A DNA stretch of 64,000 bases, from assembly GCA_013239625.1 (NCBI GenBank), contig MU053559.1, positions 2,400,324 to 2,464,323 on the forward strand, written 5' to 3'. Position 1 is the stretch's first letter. Each line of letters opens with the position of its first letter. The translations under genes and the position numbers were made by a program. Origin of the DNA: Lama guanicoe. Its lineage: Eukaryota. The notes under the pieces were generated by a model that worked only from the letters and a program-made list of their open reading frames with translations, was not told the origin of the DNA and did not search any database. Positions 1 to 10,190 of the stretch are shown piece after piece.

Positions 1-59
1 AACAACAACAACAAAAAACCCCCAGACGCCTCATTCCAATTATTAAAAAACATCAGAAC

Positions 60-403
60 AGCATAAATCTAAACCAGGAGACATTTGACAAAATAACTGA
101 TTAATACTCTTCAAAAATGTCAAGGTCATGAAACATAAGGAAAGAATGAAGAACTTTTGTAGATGGAGGAGATTAAGCAGAAACAACAAATGCACTGTGA
201 TCTTGGAAGACAAAAAGAACAGTGGGAAAACGACTGAAATCAGCAAAAGGCATGTAGTTTAGTTAATAGTTTGGCACTGAAGTGAGTTTCCTGGTTTTCA
301 TAAGTGTACCATGGTTATATAAGGTACTGATATGAGGGGAACTTGAATGGGGGGTATAAGGGAACGCTCTTGTAATACTTCTGCAACTTTTCTGAAGTGA
401 AAA
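60..403 (+). mobile_element. Old L1 (L1MC/L1MD-like) 3' UTR fragment
   Basis: Motifs ctcttcaaaaatgtcaaggtcatgaaa...gtagtttagttaatagt...tgtaccatggttat...tgcaacttttctg resemble L1MC-type 3' ends (recognised by eye). Confidence 0.7.
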
Positions 404-865
404 TGAGGAGATGTATCACTGTGATATGATGATGGTGGTGGATTTGACTATAGCAGTTAGTGGAAGGGAATTTAAAGCGGGGGGAAAGAAATCAACCATA
501 TGAAACTCACCTCACCTTTTCTATTGCACACTTCTTGTCTGCAGCAGGCTGAAACTGGGAGAGAAGTGCAGTTTAATGCTAAGTCAAGTTTGGAGTTTTG
601 ACTCAAGCTAGACTAGACCATCTGATTTCTGAATGGAGACTGCTACATAAAGCGTGTTGAGGTGTGTCCGATTCCCGGCCAAGAGGCCTGGACTGCTGGA
701 AATTTTCATGCCACGGAAGCATGGACTCGGCCATGAAAGCAACTACATAAAATTTTTAGTGGAATGTATTCTACATATAAAGGAGTATATTTAAAGTACA
801 TATATACTTAAATAATAATTACATAAATCGACTCCTTTTTCCATAGTACTTAGCTCAAGAGTTAA

Positions 866-1024
866 CATTGGTTCTCAAACCTTGGTGTCTATCAGAATTC
901 ACTGGAGAACTACTAGACAGCACAGAGGTCCACGCTCCTAGAAGGAGGCTAGAACTCAGGCCTTTTTTATTTTTACCACGTTCCCCACCTGGTTCTGACA
1001 GAGATCAAAGTTTGAGAACTGCTG
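866..1024. mobile_element. MER5-family hAT-Charlie MITE
   Basis: Terminal inverted repeats cattggttctcaaac ... gtttgagaactgctg; ~160 bp. Confidence 0.7.
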
Positions 1025-1049
1025 ACCTAGAATCATTACTGATACTTCT

Positions 1050-1390
1050 GAAGGCTTCTGTGTACCTCTCCCCAGTCATACCCCATTCCTTCATCCAGAA
1101 TCAACTATTGTCTTCAACTGTATTCATCATTCCCTTATTATTCTTTATAGTTTCTCATTTACATCCATCCAGGTACCCCTTCAAAATACTTTGCTTAGTT
1201 TTGCCTGTTCTCAAGCTTTTTAAGATTGGAAACACAGTATACGTTTGCTTTTTATTTGTCACATTACGTTCTTGAGATGCATCCATCTTGATGCATGTAG
1301 CTATCTTTCATGTGTGGCCATTGGTGCACAGTATTCCATTTGAGGAATATTTCACCGTTTTTATCCACCTTTGTTGGGCTGAATATTGAC
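1050..1390 (-). mobile_element. Ancient L1ME-like 3' fragment
   Basis: ttcttgagatgcatccatcttgatgcatgtagct...cagtattccattt is typical of antisense L1ME 3' regions. Confidence 0.55.
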
Positions 1391-1664
1391 TCAAGTAACT
1401 ACATCTTGAGAACTTCACTGGTTGCTTGGGAAAGGTTAAGACTTGATGAAAGGTAACATCTCTGCCCTCCATTGCTCCCCTGCTGTCCTCTCCTCACCTG
1501 CAATTTTGGCTCCCTGCCCTCACCAAGGAGTAACAAGGACCCCTTCCCCCCAGGGATCAATGGAAGCTGAATGGAAAACCTGGTCTGTCACCCCCCACCT
1601 AAGAGTACCGAGGTAATACTCTTTCACCCACTGGAGTGGTATCAGAAAATCAATGTTTCTTTTC

Positions 1665-1862
1665 ATCTGAGCACCTCCGACTGATACTTGATTATGTATC
1701 TATCTGTTTTTTCTCTCCCCAACACTAGAATCTAAGCTCTACGAAGGTAAGAACTTTATATTGTTCACTGCTGGATTCTTAGATCCTACAACTTGCCTGG
1801 CAGAAAGTAACACTCAATCCATATTTATTGAATGAATGAATCAATCAATCAATCAATGAATA
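1665..1862 (+). mobile_element. L2 3' end with (AATG/AATC)n tail
   Basis: cactagaatctaagctctacgaaggtaagaac...tgcctggcagaaagtaacactcaatccatatttattgaatgaatgaat. Confidence 0.8.
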
Positions 1863-2496
1863 AGATAGTATTATTTAATTTTGATTGGGTGTTCATAAGC
1901 TATTCATTATGCATAGACTATTATTTCCAAGTTCTTTAGATGCAAATGTAAGTTTTGCAAGTTATAGAATTGGCTGGATTTGGTACAACACCAACAGGAA
2001 ACAGCTTTATTCTACCTTATTCTTTATTCTAACCCCACCAGTGGCTCCTCTAAAGAAGGGATGGAGAAAAAAAGACCTTGGAGTTGTTGATGTCATGCCC
2101 CTCTTGACTGTTGAATACCCTCTTATCTTGGTAGGCATCCAAACCCTAAGTCTTTAATGAAGTGCATTGGTGGAAACAGTTCACTGTACTTCCCTTCCGA
2201 TGTGGGCAATAAGCTTTCTGACAGACCTCTCTTATAAACACCCCCTCATCTCCTGCTTCCAGAGAACTGCCCACAGTTTCTGTTCTTATGGGGGGGGCCT
2301 TTCATCCCAGCAGGTAGCCTTTTTTGGATGGGGTTCTTTCAAAGAGCCCCTTCATGACAGGGACTTGACTTTGCTCACTAAAAGATAGTAATGTGACTTG
2401 ACCGAATACTGACCCTTCTTTCCATGGCACACCATCATGAGCTACTCTACCATCAACACTCATGTGCATCCCAAACTCCAGGGGATGCATGTGCAG

Positions 2497-3090
2497 TGTG
2501 TCAGTTATCCATTATGGTACACAAACTTAGTAGGTCAAAACAACCACCACTTTCACAGATGGAAACTAAACTTTTGGTAGTGAGCATGCTGTAGTGTCTA
2601 CAGAATTTGAAATATAATGTTGTACATGTGAAACTTACATAAAGTTATAAACCAATGTTAGCTCAATTTAAAAAGAAAAAACTGAATTTTTTCAAAATTC
2701 GATAGGTCGACAAGTTGGGATGGGTTCAGATGGGTGGTTTTTCTGCTGTTCTGGTCTGTGGTGACACATATAGCTGCAGTCATCTGGTGGCTTGACCGGG
2801 GATGGATGGTCTAAGATAAACTTACAAGTCTGGCAGTCAGTGTTGGGTGTTGGCTGGGCCACATATATCCAAGTGGTCTGTCATCCTCCAACAGGCTATC
2901 CCAGCCTTCTTCACATGATGAAGTGTTCCAAAAAAGAAAGCCCCAAAGCATGAGCACTTTCTAAGCCTCAGCTTGTGTCATGCTAGCTGACTTCCCACGA
3001 CTGAGGGGGAGTCCTGCACTATCTAGCCCAGAGTTAATGTTGAAGGAAATCTACGAAAAGGCACGGATTGGAGGCCATTATTGCACCAAC
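2497..3090 (-). mobile_element. MaLR solo LTR (MLT1J-like), interrupted by an L1 3' tail
   Basis: tgtgtcagttatccatt...ggatggtctaagat...ccagccttcttcacatgatg...gcttgtgtcatg pattern of antisense MLT1 LTRs. Confidence 0.65.
2555..2681 (+). mobile_element. Short L1 3' tail nested in the MLT1 LTR
   Basis: acagatggaaactaaacttttggtagtgagcatg...gttataaaccaatgttagctcaattt followed by an A-rich tail. Confidence 0.65.
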
Positions 3091-3108
3091 ATGGGATTTA
3101 CCTAAAAT

Positions 3109-3310
3109 CGGTGGCGCTCTGGGGCTGAGAGCTGATTGCACGCATCTGTTCACAACTTCACGTCAGTGACTTCAGGCTCGTAAGCTTGAAATTGGCCATG
3201 ATGGAAATATTTATACCACAGAAATCAGCAAATGCTACAAATCAGGGCTCTCCCCACCCTCACTCCCTTTCCGGAGAGCAGGTTGTTAAACATTTACTAG
3301 CACACCACTG
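3109..3310 (+). mobile_element. MER63A-like hAT (Blackjack) MITE
   Basis: TIRs cggtggcgctctgg / ctagcacaccactg; 8-bp TSD cctaaaat (3101-3108) / cctaaaac (3311-3318); internal agcttgaaattggccatg...gctacaaatcagggc. Confidence 0.85.
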
Positions 3311-4348
3311 CCTAAAACATTCGAGAAACAGCATGAGGCATGTCTGTGAGAGTCTGTGGCTCCCTTTTTAGGAAGCAGTTCCTCCCCAAGTGCTCGTCTT
3401 GAGACTCCAAAATTGACTGGGCCTGAGAAAACCCCTATCCTTCCCTCCAGGAGGGGGGAAAATGCCACATTTCTCTTCTTTTCTGTAAATTCTCTGCAAA
3501 GATCACACTAGTGACTATCTAGTCTTCTTATATATATTCTGAAGATTGGTGATAGGGTGGATAATTGAAGGACCAGTTGGTCTACATCTTAGCAAATCTT
3601 GAAGGGCTGTGCCCTAATGGAGGACTGGTCCTCAGCTTTGAACCAAATCATTCCATATTGTCTTCTGCATACTGTTACACTTTTTTTTTCCTGAACTCCA
3701 TACATATATTTGATTTATTTCTATAGAAATAGTCCATACTGAAGGATATGCAGCCCCTCCATCCTAGAGATCCTAAATCTTATCATTGAAACAAGCCAGA
3801 GCATCAGAGTCATAAATCTACACGTTGGCACCATGCCACTGACCTACACAGATATATTATTTTCCAAGTTAAAACTAAGAGTCTAGCATTCTATTTCCTC
3901 TCAGAACACATTGAAGACTGTTGCTTACTGCTTCACCCTGAGCCTCCTGCACGGTTACCCACAGGAAGTGATGCCCCTGGTGCTCAGCGTTACTTGCTTC
4001 TGCTGAGCACTGGAACAGTTTTTATCTCACCAACACTGTAAGACTTGCAACAGATCAAGTTTTTCCTTTTGGTCTGGTCATTAAAAAGCACGGAAATAAT
4101 TTCCCTCCTCTAGCAGTTTTTCAGGGCACAATCATTTGCATTTCCTATGTCAATGCATCCTCCCAGACTTCCAATCTTTCCCCTTTCCTACTTTCCCCCC
4201 TCTCAGTTTCTGCCCTTATTTTATTTTTGTAATCTTGTCTTATTGCCCATAGCTTTTTAAATGGCAGTGATTTTTTTTTCTTGGAACAAAGAGGATGCAA
4301 ATAAATAAGTCATAAAAGAGCCTTTATTAGATGTTGTATTTACTAAGA

Positions 4349-4512
4349 CACTTCTCCTCGAGTGTGTTCCATGGATCATTAGCATCAGCATCACCTGGGA
4401 GTGTGTCAGGAACACAGCATCTCAGGCCTCACTCCAGAGCTACTGAATTCAAATCGACAGTTAATATGATCCCCAGGTGACTGATGTGCACGTGAAAGTC
4501 TGAGAAGTTCTG
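4349..4512. mobile_element. MER5A hAT-Charlie MITE
   Basis: agcatcagcatcacctgggag...ctcaggcctcactccagagctactgaatt...gatccccaggtgac...aaagtctgagaag. Confidence 0.8.
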
Positions 4513-4788
4513 TGTTCGTGCACTCCTTCTATTTGGTACCTTGGAATTCTCAAGAATAGACAGCAGCATCTTCACACCTACAGGTGCTTGCTTGATACCC
4601 ATGAATTTCTGTTTGCCTCATCATTTTCAGGTTTCTCTATCCTCTTAGATTAAGGACCCTGACAAATCCTTAGGACCACATTCTGAAGAGTCCCGAACAA
4701 AATGCTGAGAATGCTCTACAGTTGGGTAGGTGGCCCAGGTTGCTTGGCTACCAAGAGTGTGCTACTCTGGGCATAAAATTTTTTTCTT

Positions 4789-6201
4789 CTTCCCAAGGCA
4801 ATCTACAGATTTAATTCAATCCCTATCAAATTACCCAGGACATATTTCACAGAACTAGAACAAATCATAATAAAATTTATATGGAACCACCAAAGACCTA
4901 GAATTGCTAAAGCATTACTGAAGAGAAAGAAAGAGGCTGGAGGAATAACTCTCCCAGACTTCAGACAATACTATAGAGCTACAGTCATCAAGACAGCATG
5001 GTATTGGTACCAAAACAGACATATAGACCAATGGAACAGAATAGAGAGCCCAGAAATGAACCCACAAACTTTTGGTCAACTCATCTTCGACAAAGGAGGC
5101 AAGAATATACAATGGAATAAAGACAGTCTCTTCAGCAAATGGTGTTGGGAAAACTGGACAGCAGCATGTAAAACAATGAAGCTAGAACACACCCTTACAC
5201 CATATACAAAAATCAACTCAAAATGGATTAAAGACTTAAACATAAGACAAGATACAATAAACCTCCTAGAGGAAAACATAGGCAAAACATTATCTGACAT
5301 ACATTTCAAAAATTTTCTCCTAGAAGAAATAAAAGCAAGAATAAACAAATGGGACCTAATGAAACTTACAAGCTTCTGCAGAGCAAAGGAAACCAGAAAT
5401 AAAACAAGAAGAAAACCTACGGAATGGGAGAAAATTTTTGCAAGTGAAACCGACAAAGGCTTGATCTCCAAAATATATAAGCAGCTCATACGACTCAATA
5501 AGAAAAAAATAAACAACCCAATCCAAAAATGGGCAGAAGACCTAAACAAGCAATTCTCCAAGGAAGACATACAAATGATCAAAAAGCACATGAAAAAATG
5601 TTCAATATCACTAATTATCAGAGAAATGCAAATCAAAACTACAATGAGGTATCACCTCACACCAGTCAGAATGGCCGTCATTCAAAAATCCAAAAATGAC
5701 AAATGCTGGAGAGGCTGTGGAGAAAGGGGAACCCTCCTACACTGCTGGTGGGAATGCAGTTTGGTGCAGCCACTATGGAAAACAGTGTGGAGATTCCTCA
5801 AAAGACTAGGAATAGACTTACCATATGACCCAGGAATCCCACTCCTGGGCTTGTATCCAGAAGGAAATCTACTTCAGGATGACACCTGCACTCCAATGTT
5901 CATAGCAGCACTATTTACAATAGCCAAAACATGGAAACAACCTAAATGTCCATCAACAGGTGACTGGATAAAGAAGAGGTGGTATATTTATACAATGGAA
6001 TACTACTCAGCCATAAAAACCGACAACATAATGCCATTTGCAGCAACATGGATGCTCCTAGAGAATGTCATTCTAAGTGAAGTAAGCCAGAAAGAGAAAG
6101 AAAAATACCATATGAGATCGCTCATATGTGGAATATATAGACTCATGGACAGAGAATACAGACTTGTGGTTACCAGGGGGGTAGAGGGTGGGAAGGGATA
6201 G
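4789..6201 (+). pseudogene. LINE-1 ORF2p C-terminal fragment (post-RT region and CCHC knuckle), open frame, truncated
   Basis: Frame open from [16 protein letters not shown] (4789) through the listed ORF 5056-6201; CX3CX7HX4C motif [18 protein letters not shown]; lacks the EN and RT core. Confidence 0.9.
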
Positions 6202-6405
6202 ACTGGGATTTCAAAATTGTAGAATAGATAAACAAGATTACACTGTATAGCACAGGGAAATATACACAAAATGTTATGATAAATCACAGAGAAAAAAATG
6301 TGACAATGAGTGTGTATATGTCCATGAATGACTGAAAAATTGTGCTGAACACTGGAATTGACACAACATTGTAAAATGATTATAAATCAATAAAAAATGT
6401 TAAAA
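4789..6405 (+). mobile_element. Young 5'-truncated camelid-type LINE-1 (~1.6 kb)
   Basis: Uninterrupted ORF2 C-terminal frame plus 3' UTR and AATAAA (6389-6394); flanking repeat taaaa(t)7ctt at 4774-4788 and taaaa(t)10ctt at 6401-6418. Confidence 0.95.
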
Positions 6406-6700
6406 TTTTTTTTTTCTTAATACCTCTCAAGCAGACTGTCCCTCAAACCACACAGACTTAAAATAATAACAGGGGACAAGGGAAATGATAAAGTACAGAC
6501 ACAGAGCAAAAGATTAATTTTAAAATGGGAAGAAATGAGGTAGAACGATGCAGGAACATTGTTCCAGATAGAAGAGACTGTAAAATAGAAAGTTCTCACA
6601 GTAGGAATTTGATGTGAAGTGACATTAATTACTCCTGAGTCTCTACTCCTTAAATTACAATTTCCAAGTGATGTGTTGCAATGGTGTGATGCTGTTTTTA

Positions 6701-6903
6701 TTATTTTTTTAATTTAATGTATTTTAATTTTTATTTTTTATTGAAGTATAGTTGATATACAATAGTATATGTTACAGGCATACAACATAGTGATTCACAA
6801 TTTTTTATTTCCTGTGTTGTACAGTATATCCTTGTAGCCTATTTTATACATAATAATTTGTACCTCTTACTGCTCTACTCTAATACTGCTCCTCCCCTCT
6901 TCC
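6701..6903 (-). mobile_element. Older L1 3' tail with TSD
   Basis: T-rich tail then attgaagtatagttgat...; perfect 14-bp TSD tgatgctgttttta at 6687-6700 and 6904-6917. Confidence 0.9.
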
Positions 6904-7439
6904 TGATGCTGTTTTTAAAGATAAATGGTAGAAATATTAATCCTAAGACCTTTTTTAAGATCCAGTCTGGGGAGGATAGGAGACAAGGGTAAATTTCACA
7001 TTACCAGTTGTTATTGTGTTCATGATTTCTAAGATCATTCCACCTTTAAAAATGCAGGCTCAACATCAGTTTCAGTGTTACATTTCTTTGAACACCCACG
7101 GACTCTGTTCCTATCTGACGCAGGCACATTGCTTCTTCTCATCTTTGAAACTACATTCAATACCTATAGAATGGAAGAATGACTAAAATCCTCCTACCCT
7201 CTTCTAAATTTTAGGCAGAGATCTCTAGCAGACCCAACTGCTGCGAAGCACGCTTCTGTCCAAATCACTGCAGGAATGACCCTGGGACTCAGAATTTTGA
7301 GCAGCATCCTGTGAGCAGCATCTCAGTGTACCTATGTTGAAGGGGTCACATATTTATGAAACCAAGAAATGACCCCAAGTACATAAAATTAAAAGCTGAT
7401 CTCAGCTCCCAGGTATAAATTCACCTCTTCTTCCTTTGC

Positions 7440-7530
7440 CTTCCATAAATATCTGTTGAGCATCTATTATATATTGGGTACTTCATTAAGTGCTGAAGCT
7501 AGAGGGACAAATAAGACAGTCTCATAGTCT
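7440..7530 (-). mobile_element. L2 3' fragment
   Basis: aaatatctgttgagcatctattat...taagtgctgaagctagagggacaaataagacagtc. Confidence 0.55.
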
Positions 7531-8373
7531 CAACTGATATTTTAAGAGATTCCTTATAATGAGGAACAAAAGATCAAGGTACAGTTTCTGGGAATGAGTG
7601 AGTTTTTGAATGAAGTCCTTCATTCCAAAATTGGGTCCCACTTTTCCCTGGGACTTTGAGGAAGAGCCTGAAGCTTAAGAAAAGGGTCTTATCACCACAG
7701 TGACATGCTCCATCAGCAGACCATCCATGCCTGTCCAACCAGATGAAAGCACAACAGTGAGAAGGACACCAGCCTCTTCAAAAAGGATGAGGAGGAGCAT
7801 CTAGAGAACGTGAACAGTATTGGAGCATGACAAAAGAATATTACATGAAAATAGTATTGATTTTAGCAACCCCTTACATATGGGAAGCCCTATCCTAAGG
7901 TTCTAATTTAATGATCCTGACATACAGGCTCATCATATTGACCCAAACCACAGTTAGTAGAGATAAAGGTGTCACAGAGCACTGTATTATGACTCAATGT
8001 GCAACCGGAAAGTGAATTGTGGAACCATTATGTGTCTCATCCTTTAGAAGGAAACTCTAGATAGATAAGGAGCTGGGAGCTGATCTGATGTCGCTTCAGT
8101 AAAGATTTCTACTTGAGGCCGCAGGGGGCTCCAAGAGAGAACAGATTAGACAACTAGAAACATGCAGGGTGGCTAAAATTCAAAACCAAACTGTGGGAGT
8201 TGTGGTATAGTGTCAAGAATCTAGAGCAGCAAAGTAGGGCTAGAAGATGAGGATCTAGGATGATGATCAGAAATAGATGTTGGGGTTGTGACTGGCTGTT
8301 ATGATCTGCAGGGGTCTGGAATTATAGGGACAGGAACATAATTAGACTGGATACTTATTGGGAAATGTGACCT

Positions 8374-8734
8374 TGCTATGGATGAATTGTGTCCCCTACA
8401 AATTCATATGTTGCAGTTCTAAGCCTCAATAGGACTGTATTTAGAGTAAGGAAGTAATTAAGGTTAAATGAGGTCACAAGGATGAGGCTCTGATCTGATA
8501 GGATTTGTGCCCTTATAACAAGAGACTCCAGAAAGCTCATACTATACTCTCTCTGTCCGCCATGTGCAGACACAGCAAGATGGCAGCCATCTGCAAATCA
8601 AGAAGAGAACCTTCACCTGGAACTGAGTTTAATCTTGGACTTCCTAGCCTTCAGAACCATGATAATTAAATGCCTGTTGTTTAAACCACTCAGCCTGTGG
8701 CATTTTGTCATAGCAGCCCATGCTGGCTAATCCA
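8374..8734 (+). mobile_element. MaLR solo LTR (MLT1A-like)
   Basis: tgctatggatgaattgtgtcccc...aattcatatgttg...aaggttaaatgaggtc...ttggacttcctagcc...ttttgtcatagcagccc. Confidence 0.85.
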
Positions 8735-8927
8735 GACGCAATAAAAATGCCTATTTGTAAGCAATAATAATATAAAGAATGTGATAGTAGAGAAAGATCA
8801 GATGCTGACCAATGGACTAGAATGGAAAAATCCAGAAATAGATCTGATTACAGATAACATAAAGGAGGCATTCAAAATATTGCAGTTCAGATAAGTGGCT
8901 GACAGTTTAGAAAAAGAATGACTTAGA

Positions 8928-9092
8928 ATATGTCCATGAATGACTGAAAAATTGTGCTGAACACTGGAATTTGACACAACATTGTAAAACGATTATAAAC
9001 CAATAAAAAATGTTAAAAAAAATAAAGTGGTCTAAGTAATTCAAAATTAAAAAAAAATAAAGTGGTCTAAGTAATTCAAAATTTAAAAAAAA
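8928..9092 (+). mobile_element. Very short young camelid L1 3' tail with duplicated non-L1 tail sequence
   Basis: 8928-9015 is near-identical to 6316-6402; followed by two copies of aataaagtggtctaagtaattcaaaatt plus A-tracts. Confidence 0.9.
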
Positions 9093-9513
9093 GAATTTCA
9101 CAGAATTCACCAAAATAAATTATAAATATATTAACAAGTGAAGTAGAAACAAAAAGATGAATATTTCTCAGGTGTCTGGAGGAGAGATCATTTTAAATAC
9201 TTTAAAGCATTAGGAGAAAGCACAAAAGAAAGATAGATTCAGCTGGATAAACTTCAAGAGCATCACTTTAAAAAACAAAATTAAGCAACAAGCCACATAC
9301 TGAGAAGACTGTTTCAGGTCACCATTCTCAGGGATGTTAGTTTTAAAACAAAAAAGTAGAAGTTGGACAAAACACAAAACATGCAGCTATCAATAGGAAA
9401 CTGGGAAAAAGATGGAAAATTCACCAAAAAAATGAACTACTTTAGTAAACACACCTAAGATGAAATGTTTAACCTTGATTGCCATTGAAGATATGCAAGT
9501 AAAAATCAAGTAG

Positions 9514-10190
9514 AAAGTCCACACAAAACCTGCACACAGACATTTACAGAAGCTTCATTCGTAATGGCTAAAACTTGGAAGCAACCAAGATGTCCTTCGG
9601 TAGGTGAATGGATAAAGAAACTGCAAGGCATCCAGGCAGTGGAATATTATTCAGTGCAAAAAATAAATGAGCTATCAAGCCATGAAAAGACATGGAAGAA
9701 TCTTAAATGCATGTTAGTAAGCGGAAGAAGCTAATCTGAAAAGGCTGTATGCTGTATGATTACAACTGTATGACATTCTGGAAAAAGCAAAGCAATGGAG
9801 ACTGTAAAAAGATCAGTGATTGCCAGGGATTGGGATGGAGGGAGGGGTGAATGGGCAGAGCACAGAGGATTTTTAGGGCAGCGAAACTACTCTGTATGAT
9901 ATTCTAATGGCAGATGCAGATACATGTCGTTATACATCTGTCCAAACCCCTAGATTTACAACACCAAAAGTGGATCCTAATGTAAACTATGGACTCTGGG
10001 TGATAATGATGTGTCCATATAGGTTTATCAGCTATAAAAACAATACCACTCTCTGGGGGATGTTGATAACGGGAGAGGCAAGGCATGCGTTGGGGGCAGA
10101 GGACATATGGAAAATTTTTCTCTTCATTTTGCTGTGAACCTACAACTGCTCTAAAAAAATAAATCAAGCCTTTAAATTAAAAAAAAAAAA
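9514..10190 (+). mobile_element. L1MC1-like 3' end
   Basis: ccatgaaaagacatggaagaatcttaaatgcat...gcagagcacagaggatttttagggcag...taatgtaaactatggactctgggtgataatgatgtgtc, then A-tail. Confidence 0.85.

Noticed and set aside
5076..5636. 186-aa hydrophobic ORF (also 41078-41578 and 20469-20780)
   Set aside because: These are antisense shadows of A-rich L1 ORF2, a common artefact.
5056..6201. 381-aa ORF as a host gene or domesticated protein
   Set aside because: It is the C-terminal part of L1 ORF2p in a 5'-truncated insertion with no promoter. The open frame is explained by the element's youth.
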